NCBI GenBank assembly: GCA_951406725.2
Contig: OX597828.1
Coordinates: forward strand, 44,578,001 to 44,642,000
DNA from: Octopus vulgaris
Taxonomy: Eukaryota
DNA length: 64,000 nt
Direction of reading: 5' to 3'
The notes beneath the pieces were generated by a model. That model worked only from the letters and a program-made list of their open reading frames with translations, did not search any database and was not told the origin of the DNA. The position numbers and the translations under genes are program-made. Below are positions 24,731-40,300 of this stretch, piece by piece (the stretch's first letter is position 1; each line of letters opens with the position of its first letter).

Positions 24731-27667
24731 AGGCACAAGGCCTGAAATTTGGGATGGAGAATGGATTAGTCGATTACATTGACCCCCCAGTGTTTCATTA
24801 GTTCTTAATTTATCAACCCCAAAAAGGATGAAAGGTAAAGTCAACCTTGGTGGAATTTGAACTCAGAACGTAAAGACGGCCGAAATGCCGCTAAGCTTTT
24901 CATCCAGCATGCTAACTATTCCCTCAGCTCACTGCCTTACAATTAATTATCTTTTTTTCTGGAAGCACAAGGCCTCAAATTTAGGGGAAGGAATTATGTC
25001 GATTACATCAACCCTAGTGTGTAACTGGTACTTATTTAACCAACCCTGAAAGGATGAAAGGCTAAAGTCGACCTTGGCGGAATACTTCCTTACAACTAAT
25101 GCTTTCAACTGTAGGTGCAAGGCCTGAAGTTTTGCAGGAGAGGACATGTCGATTACATCACCCCCAGCATTCAGCTGGTACTTATTTCAGTGACCCTGAA
25201 TTTATAAAAGGCAAAAGTTGACCTCAGCAGTATTTGAACTCGGTATGCAAAGATTGACAAAATGCCGATAAGTATTTTGCCCGATGTGCGGAACAATTCA
25301 ACTAGCTCACCACCCTACCTGTAATAATGTTTTCAAATTTTGGCACAAGGCCAGCAATTTTAGTAATCAACTGGTACTTATTTTATTGACACCAAAAGGA
25401 TGGAAAACAAAGATCTAACTTGGTGGAATTTGAACTTGAAACCCTTAGGGCTAGAAGAAATTTTGCTAAGCATTTTGTCTGACGCAGTAGTGATTCTACC
25501 AGCTTACCACCTTTGCCTTACCCATAATGATAATGATGATAATAATAATAACAATAATAATAATAATAATAATAATCAGCTCTTGTCTTATGGAAGGTTT
25601 AATTGGTTCCCCACTTCATATTCGGGTTGTAAAATGGGGTCACATTTAGGTTCTCTGTTCTCGATGATGACAACTGCTGCTGTTGTTGTTAAGCAACAAG
25701 ACGGGAAAGGGTGATTTCACTGTGTAGGTGATGGTCTAGGACTTAGGGGTAAGAAACCCCAGACCTTGAAAAAAAAAAACTTTGGTCGTCTTGTTGTAGT
25801 CGAGGGCTCTTCGTTGATGCCTGACACCACTGGGAGGTGGCCCTCGAAGTCACTGAAATGAAGATCTCCAGGTCCAAATTCTTGAATGGCTGCTGCTGCT
25901 ACTACTACTACTACTAATAATCCTTTCTGCTAAAGGCACTGGCCTGAAATTTTGGGGGAGCAGGGCCAGTCAAATGATAATAATGCTAATAAATAACAAC
26001 AATAATAATAATTCTTAAGTTTAGCCTAAGATAAGTAATTTCAAATGGAAGAAAGCAACTCAATTATTCTTCTATGCATTTCAATCCAAAGGCTTTGGCC
26101 ATGCTGGGGCACTGCCAATATCAACTTTTCATGGCCATCCTCCTGTGGTTCGCTTTTGGTGTAAAAAGGGACTTTGATTTTGCTGTCCTCTTTAGAGTTT
26201 TTTGTTATGATGTAGGTTCATCTGGGGTCTTGGACTACAGAAAACCAAAGGTGCTTCTTGAAAACATCTATATAGATCTCTTCCCCCACCCCAATACTTA
26301 ACTGGTACTTTATCTTATTGACCCCAGTAGGATTTGAATTTAACACTTTGCTGGTAGAAACATTAACATGTCTGACAAAAAGCTTTGCAGCATTTGTTGT
26401 AATTGACTTGGAATTTCATCCTTTCAGGAGTCAATGAAATAAGTACCAGTCAAATACTAAGGGCCAATGTAAATGACCTGTCCCCTTTTCTAAAAAATAC
26501 TGAACTTTTACTTAAATTAGAAAAAATTAATAACAATAATACTGTTTTTTTTTGGGTTTTTTTTAATCTCTTTCTTCTTCCTCCTCTGTAACATTGTAAA
26601 TTTTCTGAAGATGAAGAGACAAAGAAAATAATATCTGAGTGTTTGAAAATTATAAAAATAAATAAATTCAGCTTATTAATTAATTAAAATCTTTGTCTTT
26701 TTTTCCTTTTTTACTTGGCTGTGTGGTTAAGAAGAATGTTTCACAACTGCATTATTTTTGGATCAATCTCACTATTATGGAGCCTTGTGTAATTGTCTTC
26801 TACTATACAGCCCTGGGCCGACCAATTCCTAGTGAGTGGATTTGGTTAGTCTATATTACTCCTTAAAGAGCACAGAGCTAGTTTCCTGGTTTCTCTTTTG
26901 TGTATAGTCCTCCCTGGATAGGAAGCCGATCTGCTGCAAGATTAATTATTTTCCCCATCTGGATGGACTGGTGTAACATGAAATGAAGTGCTTTGCTCAA
27001 GAATACAATGTGTTGCCTGGTCCAGGAATTGAAACCACAATTTTGCGATCATGAGTCCAACACCCTAACCACTAAGCCATGGGTCTCCATCAGTGAGTGA
27101 ATGTGATGGACAAAAATTGAAAAGAAGCCCATTGTGTGTGTTGTTACTGTCTCCTTGCCCTAAGATTGCATGATAGTTGCAAATAAACATCATTATCACC
27201 ATCATGTAAATAGTGTCATTCATTTCTAATATTCCATGGAAACGTGGTCATGGGGAAATATTGCCTTTATGGAAATAGACAAGGTTTGGCAACAGAAAGG
27301 ACAGCTGGCTGTAGAAAACCTACATCAGTAAATTGTCTAACCTTTGCAGGTATGGGAAAGTGAACACTTAAACAACGATTGTTTTTTCTTGGATAAAATT
27401 TTTGTCATCATTGTCTTTACTTTATACATATTCACTTCTCCAAGCTGGCATTGGGTGGATAAAAATTTTCAGAGTGTTTTGTAGCTAGACACCCTTCCCG
27501 ATACCTATTGGGAGCACCATGTCCAGAAAATTTCCTGTAAATATTTTTGCTATGGGAAAATTTGCTATAAGAAAATCCTCTGTAAGAAATTTCACCAAAC
27601 AGGAAAATTTGCTATAATATATTAACTCTTTCTGCTTTATTCTGTTAACAGTTTAGACTGTAAGGTA

Positions 27668-28233
27668 TTGGGTTGTCCAGAAAGTTTGTGCTGATTTTTA
27701 AAGGCAAGAAAAAGGTTAATAAATACTTGCCATTACATTCTTAATCAACCAAATATGAACCATTTTGTTGCACAATGCGTCTCCATCTTTCCTTTAACTT
27801 GAAAATACGCTCTTCCCAGAATTGAGGTGGTTTCATGGCAAAGAATTCATCAAGGTATCTTTTTACATCATCCAAGGAATTGAAATTTTTACTATTAAGA
27901 CTATTCTGCAGAGAACTGAATGAGTGGAAATCCGAAGGAGCAATATCTGGTGAATGAGGAGGGTGCAGTAACACATCCCAGCTGAGCTGCAACAATTTTT
28001 GTCTGGTTCCCAAAGCATCCAGTGCCAAAAATGAACGTTCTTATCTTCCATGTTAAAGGGTTACAGAATTAACACAGGTTATAGGAACATAAATCTTCTT
28101 CCACGAAAAGATAGCTTAAACTGTGTTCTAAATGGAGGTGTAGTCAAATCCTATTTTATGGACTCAACCATGTTCTAAAATAAGTCAGAATGTAAGCTAC
28201 TTTAAATCGGCACGAATTTTCCGGACAACCCAA
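27668..28233 (-). mobile_element. Internally deleted mariner transposon
   Basis: TA-flanked TIRs TTGGGTTGTCCAGAAAG / TTTTCCGGACAACCCAA. ORF 27741-28028 has HPPHSPDIAPSDFH (YSPDLAPSD motif) and WRRIVQQNGSY. Confidence 0.93.
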
Positions 28234-29964
28234 TAGTTTAGAAGTGGATAATGTAAATTTTATAGGCAATTAATGATGTACGCCACTTTCCTTAAAGCTA
28301 TATGCAGTTGTTACATGGTTATTTAGCCTGCTAGAAATAATAGCCAAATCTTTTTACTGACTTAATGAAAGGAAAGACACATTATGTGTGCATACATACA
28401 TACATACATACATACATACTTATTTTCCAGAAGTTTATCATTTAAATATATATGAGCATATCTAGATATGCAACTATATGCATGAGAATACATACATACA
28501 TACATACAAATCTGCACATAAACACATACATGCATACAAACAAAAATATTCTGTTGTTGATGTTGAAATTCCAATGAAGGAGCCTTGGATCTAGGTTAGA
28601 AACAGATTATTTCTCTATTGCCAAGAAATCTTGCAGTAAACTGAATAATCACACACACACACACACACATTGATGATGATGATGATGATGATGATGACGA
28701 TGACGACGACGACGACGATGATGATGACGATGATGACGACGATGACGACGACGACGACAACGACGATGATGATGACGATGATGACGATGATGACGATGAT
28801 GACGACGACGACGACGACGACAACGACGGCGGCAGCGGCGGCGGCGGCAGCGGCGGTGGTGGTGGTGGTGTGTGTGTGTGTGTGTGTGTGTGTGATAAAT
28901 AAACGTAATGGTCACAGCAGGAATCATTTCAATGATAATGCTGCTCCATCGAGACATATCTTGAAAAACACAGAACTGAAAAATATCCATACAGGAAAAA
29001 TAAAAAACAGATTCTACGACCTTCATTACTTTCTTAAAAAAAAAAAAAAAATCATAACAATTACTAAACTCAACCGAAGTCCGGAATCGAAACCTTATTG
29101 CCAGCTCGACTTTCACGCCACTTCATTTTTTAACAAGTGAAGCAAAAAAAAAAAAAAATTTGTTTTTCAAGGGAAACTACTCTCTCATGCATAGCGAGCT
29201 TAGATTAAAGGGAGATAACTTAATCGATTATCCCTTTTTTCTCTTCTTTTTTCTTCTTAATCCTTCTAGCTTTTTGCTATGTTCACGTCTAGCCTCGCCG
29301 CCACCCTCCCGCGAATCACCGCTTCGCCAAATAACTTTGCGGTAGAAATGTAAAACATATCGATCTACAAATCTATACAAGACTGCAGTAAGTGTCAGAA
29401 GAATATGTTAATGATCTGAGTGCATCAGCACTGCGGTAATGGTGCACGTGGGTATAGATATGTGTGTATATATGTGTGGATAACTATACATATATACGCC
29501 CTTGTATACACATACTCATAAATATACGAACACACACACGGACTTACACCCACTCATAGATATATACATGTCTACATATACAAGCATACATACGTATGTC
29601 TGTATGTATATATATATATATGTATGTATACATACACATATATATACATACATACATACACACACACACATATATATATTCACTGTGTGTGTACATACAT
29701 GGGTGTATGCACTCCACATACAGATATATAGATATATACACACACACACTCATATATACGTATATAATAATATAAATAATATATAATTATATGCATATAT
29801 ACGTACATATATGTACATACCTACATACACAGACACAAGTATGTATGTACTCATACATACATCCACACATTGACACACACATGCACATATGTGTGTGAGT
29901 GTGTGTGAGAGAGAAAGAAAGAATGTGTGTGTGTGTATATGGGTGTATACATGTGTGCGTGTTC

Positions 29965-31980
<2,016 letters not shown>

Positions 31981-32219
31981 ACCAACAAACATATATATGT
32001 TGTTCATCCTTCTCATTTCAGTCATTGGACTGTGGCCATGCTGGAGCACTGACTGGAAGGGTTTAGCTGAACAAATCAATCCCAGAACTTGTTTTATTTT
32101 TTTACTTATTCTGTCATTCTCTTTTGCTGAACCTCTAAGTTATAAGGACATAACCAAACCTTCACTGGTTGTGAAGTGGTGGTGGGGAACAAACCCAAAC
32201 CTAACCACAAATATCTCCC

Positions 32220-32277
<58 letters not shown>

Positions 32278-32491
32278 CATACTCGCGGAGTGGTTGGCGT
32301 TAGGAAGGGTATCCAGCTGTAGAAACTCTGCCAGATCAGACTGGAGCCTGGTGCAGCCCCTGGCTTCCCAGACCCCAGTCGAACCGTCCAACCTGTGCTA
32401 GCGTGGAAAACGGACGTTAAACGATGATGATGATGATGATGATATACATATACATATATATATATATATATAAATATTATATATATATATG

Positions 32492-32598
<107 letters not shown>

Positions 32599-33207
32599 GT
32601 ATGTATGACCATGAATGACCATGGGATTGCACCTAGAAAGTTACTTTCCCCGGGAAAGTTTGGGTAAGGTTGTTTATGGAAGACCAGCAGTCTCCCATGC
32701 ATACCAACCTCCTGTATCCACGCTACCAGTGTTATCCAAGGGAAAAGCAAAGGCCAATACAGCTTGGCATTAATGATATTGCGACTCCTTTCTAAAGCTG
32801 AGTGAACTGGAGGAATGTAAAATAAAGTATCTTGCTCAAGAACACAACACGCAGCCTGGTCTGGGATTCGAACTCACAATCTCACGATCGTAAGCTCGGC
32901 GCTCTAACCACTGAACCATGTATATATGTATGTATGCATGTATGTATGTATTATATTAATTGAAGTGTAGGGTAATGTATATCCATTATGCTCTTCAAAG
33001 ATAGCAAACCACCATCTCTGAAGAGTGCAGGGTTACATAATCAGACTGTTACCTAACACTCTGTTGAACCCTTAATGCAAAACTGATTGGTAAGATTGGC
33101 CACAATAGATATTTAATATTGTACACTACGATTAATATAACCACTCTACTGACAAGTATATGAGTGCATTTTTTCCTGATTTATAGATTCTTAGGCAATG
33201 TGTGTGT

Positions 33208-33257
<50 letters not shown>

Positions 33258-33624
33258 GTTTATATATGACAAAGGGCTGAGATATCTGTCACACTGCTGC
33301 ACTGAAGTGGACCCACAGCGGAGCTGATACCAAATCTGGTGTCACATAAAAAAAAACAGCACCTAGGACACTCTATGGAGTGGTTGGTGTTAGGAAGAGC
33401 ATCAAGCTGTAGAAACCATGCCTGAACAGACAACTGGAGCCTGGTGTGGGCCCCTGCCTTTACCAGCTCCTGCCAAACCATCCAACCCATGCCAGCATGG
33501 AAAACAGATGCTAAACGATGATGATGATGATGATGATGATGATACAATTTATATGTGTGTATGAGTGAAGCAACGTTAAGCAAGCATACATAAAAACAAA
33601 GGAAGGAGCATTTGATATTTGGAA

Positions 33625-33678
33625 ATCATCATCACCATCATCGTCACCATTGTCATCATCATCATCATCGTCGTCATC

Positions 33679-33718
<40 letters not shown>

Positions 33719-33919
33719 TCGTCGTCATCATCATCATCATTGTCACCATTGTCATCATCATCGTCATCGCCACCATTGTCATCATCATCATCATCGTCGT
33801 CATCATCATCATCATTATCGTCATCATCATTATCATCATCATCATCAGCGTCATCATCATCATCATCGTCGTCATCGTCATCATCATCATCATCATCATC
33901 ATCATCGTCATCACCATCG

Positions 33920-33950
<31 letters not shown>

Positions 33951-33973
33951 TCTCATCATCATCATTAGCAGCG

Positions 33974-34014
<41 letters not shown>

Positions 34015-34037
34015 GTCATCATCATCACCATCATCAC

Positions 34038-34076
<39 letters not shown>

Positions 34077-34114
34077 TAGCAGCGTCATCATCATCATCAT
34101 CATCATCATCATCG

Positions 34115-34153
<39 letters not shown>

Positions 34154-34273
34154 CCATCGTCATCATCATCATCATCATCGTCATCATCATCATCATCATC
34201 ATCATCGTCATCATCATCACCATCGTCATCATCATCATCATCATCATCATTCTCATCATCATCATTAGCAGCG

Positions 34274-34305
<32 letters not shown>

Positions 34306-34306
34306 G

Positions 34307-34337
<31 letters not shown>

Positions 34338-34420
34338 CATCCTCATCATCATCCTCATCATCATCATTAGCAGCGTCATCATCATCATCATCATCATCAT
34401 CATCGTCGTCGTCGTCGGCA
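33625..34420. repeat. (CAT)n tract of about 800 bp with recurring CATTAGCAGCGTC variant
   Basis: Directly visible; produces the poly-M, poly-I and poly-S ORFs. Confidence 0.95.
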
Positions 34421-34859
34421 GCGGCGTTGTCATCAACTTCTTTTGAAACGTTCCCTTTTCCATGCCTGCATGGGTCAGATGGAATTCCTTATTTTACAAC
34501 CCTCACCTGTTTCCATCGAAGGTAATAATTCCCCAATGGACAGACAAGTTCTTGCAGCAAACTGGAAGCAAGTGACACACCTTGAATCACTGAGATTGGA
34601 TATTCAAGTCTCTCATAATACTATTCCAGTGTTTATTTTCTAACATTCAGTTATAATAAAAACAGTTCTACATCCAATCTGAAGGGTTACACTATACTTC
34701 TGTAAAGTACAAATTCATTATTCTTAAGCAAGAACATTACTGACAGTGACTTCGAAGTCTCAGCCAGCTAAGTCATCAACTAATGGTGATTGAAACTTTT
34801 AAGCCACTCTGAGTAATTTTCTTGTTTAAGAAAAGAATATAAAAAGTTGAGGAAAAAGT

Positions 34860-35272
34860 TCATGCACTGAACGTGTGCTGAAGTTTTCTGGGAACAACTT
34901 GATCGAGTATATGATGCGCTGGTTGAAAGGTACCCAAGACTTGTTCGTCAAAAATGTGCTTTGTTTCAACAAGACAATGCAAAGCCACATACCACCAGAA
35001 AGACCAGTAACAAGATAGAAGAATTGAACAGCTTGGAAGTTCTGCTACACCCAGCCTGTAGTCCAGACGTTGCTCCATCTGACTACGGTCTCCTCCGAGC
35101 AATGTAGCACTTTATGAAAGGTCGCCGATTCGAGTCATTCGATGAAGTTGAAGAAGCCTGTCAAGAATTTTTCGATTCAAAGCTGAAGGATTGGTACTTT
35201 GACCAAATCCGAAAGCTTGCATATCGTTAGCAGAAGGTCATGGAAAATGATGGTCTTTATTTTGAAGAATAG
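34860..35272 (+). pseudogene. Mariner transposase C-terminal relic
   Basis: FQQDNAKPH...LLHPACSPDVAPSDYGLLRAM*HFMKGRRF...YR*QKVMENDGLYFEE*, two internal stops. Confidence 0.9.
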
Positions 35273-35550
35273 CTTTTGTTGTTTGGCATGGGTTGGGCGA
35301 TTTGACTGAGGACTGGCAAACCAGATGGCTGCACCAGGCTCCAATCTGATATGGCAGAGTTTCTACAGCTGAATGCCTTTCCTAATGCCAACCACTCCAA
35401 GAGTGTAGTGGGTGCTTTTACGTGCCACCGGCATGAGGGACAGTCAGATGGTACTGGCTACGGCCACACTCAAATGATATTTTTTACATGCCACCTGCAC
35501 AGGAGCCAGTCCAGCTGCACTGGCAATGACCTTACTCGAATGTTTATATG

Positions 35551-35667
<117 letters not shown>

Positions 35668-35698
35668 TATATATGCATATATTTATATATATACATTT

Positions 35699-35746
<48 letters not shown>

Positions 35747-36147
35747 AAATGTATATATAAATCTATATACTACATAATACTTAAAAACCAGAGATCATTT
35801 TATACATATATAGTGTATATAATTTTAAATATTTATATTCCTGTGATATTGATAAGTGTATGTGTGTGTATGTATGTCTGTATATATGTGTGTTTGTGTG
35901 TGTGTGTGTGAAGCATTGTCAATCAATGATGTAGTGTTTTTCTTTTCTTTGTTGCTGTTTTTTTTTCTTTTTTTTTGTGTGTGTTTGTGTTTTTTTACTG
36001 CAGCAATCTTTTCTCTATGATCAAACGGAAAACAGAACATGTGTTTGGTTTATTGTTATGAAAAGCCTTTACCCCGTGTGATCACATGAGCTGCAACACA
36101 TGAAACCGGTGATGCAGGCAGTGCCGACGGTGGTGATGGTAGCAACA

Positions 36148-36182
<35 letters not shown>

Positions 36183-37376
36183 ATAGTGGTGGTGGTGATG
36201 GCGGTGTTAGTGGTGATGGAAATCGAAACCCAATTGCCTCAATGAAAAACAATCATTTTAATTATGGTAAAGAAAAAAAATAAAAGGAAAAAATATAAGA
36301 AATTAATTTAGTATAAAATGATTAATTCTTATGATTTAATTTGCTATTATAACCTAATTTTAAACCCTTTATTATAACAAAAGAATCTTAAGGCCAATCC
36401 TTAAAGTGTTTGTTTATATTTTGTTATAGATATCTTTAATATATATTCAATCAATTTATACAAACAGAAATAGCACAAAATACGTAATTTGGGGAAAAAA
36501 TTCATAATTCCCCATATATTGTTGTTTCCAGGATTTTGAGGTGTGTGAAACCACCTTTTAGTCACTGAGGGTGTGTGGTTCAGTAATTAAAGCATTGGGC
36601 TCACAATCATGAGGGAGTGAGTTTGATTCTTGGATCGGACTGTGCGTTGCATTCTTGAGCAAGGCTCTTTATTTCACACTGCTCCAGTTCACTCATTTGT
36701 AGAAATGAGTTGCCATTTCGTTAGCACGCTGGCTGAATGCTGGTAAGGCGGTGAGCTGGCAAGGTGGCGAGCTGGCAGAAACGTTAGCACGCTGGTCTTC
36801 TGTAAACAATCTTTTCCGGACTTGTGCCTCGGAGGGTAACTTTCTTGGTGCAATCCCATGGTCATTCATGACCGAAGGGGGGTCTTTACTATTCCTGGGT
36901 CTGTTCTAAACCAAACATGTAGCTGCTGTCAGAGTCACTGCTAAGGGTTAATTGGCATGTACGATGACAATCCATTTGTTACTCAGGCAGCGAGATGGGA
37001 GAGAGACATTAACTCTTCCACATTTAATCCTTAAGCATTTAAACTGGCCATATCCAGCCTCTCGCACCTACCCTACAATGTCATGCTAAAAATAGTCAAT
37101 CATAACTTAAAAGTCTTGGAGTTACAAAATGATACAGGATTAACTTTAACCCCTTCGATACCAACCCGGCTGAAATTGCCTCTCTGCACATATTTTCCCA
37201 AAACGGGATTGGAGGTGGCAGGGGCAAGTTGGTGGTGCATTGGCTCCTATTTCCAGTATATATATATGTACATACAAACACATACATATATATATATAAA
37301 CACACACACACACATATATATATGCGCAAGGATGACACGCAAATTCGTGAAGCGTTCCATATTTTTATTCAACATA

Positions 37377-40300
37377 GGCGCAGGAGTGGCTGTGTGGTAA
37401 GTAGCTTGCTTACCAACCACATGGTTCCGGGTTCAGTCCCACTGCGTGGCACCTTGGGCAAGTGTCTTCTACTATAGCCTCGGGCCGACCAATGCCTTGT
37501 GAGTGGATTTGGTAGACGGAAACTGAAAGAAGCCCGTCGTATATATGTATATATATATATGTATATATGTATGTGGCAGGAGTGGCTGTGTGGTAAGTAG
37601 CTTGCTTACCAACCACATGGTTCCGGGTTCAGTCCCACTGCGTGGCACCTTGGGCAAGTGTCTTCTACTATAGCCTCGGGCCGACCAATGCCTTGTGAGT
37701 GGATTTGGTAGACGGAAACTGAAAGAAGCCCGTCGTATATATGTATATATATATATGTATATATGTATGTGGCAGGAGTGGCTGTGTGGTAAGTAGCTTG
37801 CTTACCAACCACATGGTTCCGGGTTCAGTCCCACTGCGTGGCACCTTGGGCAAGTGTCTTCTACTATAGCCGCGGGCCGACCAATGCCTTGTGAGTGGAT
37901 TTGGTAGACGGAAACTGAAAGAAGCCCGTCGTATATATGTATATATATATATGTATATATGTATGTGGCAGGAGTGGCTGTGTGGTAAGTAGCTTGCTTA
38001 CCAACCACATGGTTCCGGGTTCAGTCCCACTGCGTGGCACCTTGGGCAAGTTTCTTCTACTATAGCCTCGGGCCGACCAATGCCTTGTGAGTGGATTTGG
38101 TAGACGGAAACTGAAAGAAGCCCGTCGTATATATGTATATATATATATGTATATATGTATGTGGCAGGAGTGGCTGTGTGGTAAGTAGCTTGCTTACCAA
38201 CCACATGGTTCCGGGTTCAGTCCCACTGCGTGGCATCTTGGGCATGTGTCTTCTACTATAGCCTCGGGCCGACCAATGCCTTGTGAGTGGATTTGGTAGA
38301 CGGAAACTGAAAGAAGCCCGTCGTATATATGTATATATATATATGTATATATGTATGTGGCAGGAGTGGCTGTGTGGTAAGTAGCTTGCTTACCAACCAC
38401 ATGGTTCCGGGTTCAGTCCCACTGCGTGGCACCTTGGGCAAGTGTCTTCTACTATAGCCTCGGGCCGACCAATGCCTTGTGAGTGGATTTGGTAGACGGA
38501 AACTGAAAGAAGCCCGTCGTATATATGTATATATATATATGTATATATGTATGTGGCAGGAGTGGCTGTGTGGTAAGTAGCTTGCTTACCAACCACATGG
38601 TGCCGGGTTCAGTCCCACTGCGTGGCACCTTGGGCAAGTGTCTTCTACTATAGCCTCGGGCCGACCAATGCCTTGTGAGTGGATTTGGTAGACGGAAACT
38701 GAAAGAAGCCCGTCGTACATCTGTCTATATATATATGTATATATGTATGTGGCAGGAGTGGCTGTGTGGTAAGTAGCTTGCTTACCAACCACATGGTTCT
38801 GGGTTCAGTCCCACTGCGTGGCACCTTGGGCAAGTGTCTTCTACTATAGCCTCGGGCCGACCAATGCCTTGTGAGTGGATTTGGTAGACGGAAACTGAAA
38901 GAAGCCCGTCGTATATATGTATATATATATATGTATATATGTATGTGGCAGGAGTGGCTGTGTGGTAAGTAGCTTGCTTACCAACCACATGGTTCCGGGT
39001 TCAGTCCCACTGCGTGGCACCTTGGGCAAGTGTCTTCTACTATAGCCGCGGGCCGACCAATGCCTTGTGAGTGGATTTGGTAGACGGAAACTGAAAGAAG
39101 CCCGTCGTATATATGTATATATATATATGTATATATGTATGTGGCAGGAGTGGCTGTGTGGTAAGTAGCTTGCTTACCAACCACATGGTTCCGGGTTCAG
39201 TCCCACTGCGTGGCACCTTGGGCAAGTGTCTTCTACTATAGCCTCGGGCCGACCAATGCCTTGTGAGTGGATTTGGTAGACGGAAACTGAAAGAAGCCCG
39301 TCGTATATATGTATATATATATATGTATATATGTATGTGGCAGGAGTGGCTGTGTGGTAAGTAGCTTGCTTACCAACCACATGGTTCCGGGTTCAGTCCC
39401 ACTGCGTGGCACCTTGGGCATGTGTCTTCTACTATAGCCTGGGGCCGACCAATGCCTTGTGAGTGGATTTGGTAGACGGAAACTGAAAGAAGCCCGTCGT
39501 ATATATGTATATATATATATGTATATATGTATGTGGCAGGAGTGGCTGTGTGGTAAGTAGCTTGCTTACCAACCACATGGTTCCGGGTTCAGTCCCACTG
39601 CGTGGCACCTTGGGCAAGTGTCTTCTACTATAGCCTCGGGCCGACCAATGCCTTGTGAGTGGATTTGGTAGACGGAAACTGAAAGAAGCCCGTCGTATAT
39701 ATGTATATATATATATGTATATATGTATGTGGCAGGAGTGGCTGTGTGGTAAGTAGCTTGCTTACCAACCACATGGTTCCGGGTTCAGTCCCACTGCGTG
39801 GCACCTTGGGCAAGTGTCTTCTGCTATAGCCTCGGGCCGACCAATGCCTTGTGAGTGGATTTGGTAGACGGAAACTGAAAGAAGCCCGTCGTATATATGT
39901 ATATATATATATGTATATATGTATGTGGCAGGAGTGGCTGTGTGGTAAGTAGCTTGCTTACCAACCACATGGTTCCGGGTTCAGTCCCACTGCGTGGCAC
40001 CTTGGGCAAGTGTCTTCTGCTATAGCCTCGGGCCGACCAAAGCCTTGTGAGTGGATTTGGTAGACGGAAACTGAAAGAAGCCCGTCGTATATATGTATAT
40101 ATATATATGTATATATGTATGTGGCAGGAGTGGCTGTGTGGTAAGTAGCTTGCTTACCAACCACATGGTTCCGGGTTCAGTCCACTGCGTGGCACCTTGG
40201 GCAAGTGTCTTCTGCTATAGCCTCGGGCCGACCAAAGCCTTGTGAGTGGATTTGGTAGACGGAAACTGAAAGAAGCCCGTCGTATATATGTATATATATA

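Larger units (their letters stand above)
17430..25510. mobile_element. Dense cluster of about 20 family-D SINE copies
   Basis: Repeated GGCAGAATxGTTAGCA...GCCTTTCATCC...AAGTACCAG...GAAAGGATTATT modules; + strand to 24130, - strand 24730-25510. Confidence 0.88.

Noticed and set aside
33576-34525. Poly-Met, poly-Ile and poly-Ser ORFs
   Set aside because: Translations of a (CAT)n microsatellite.
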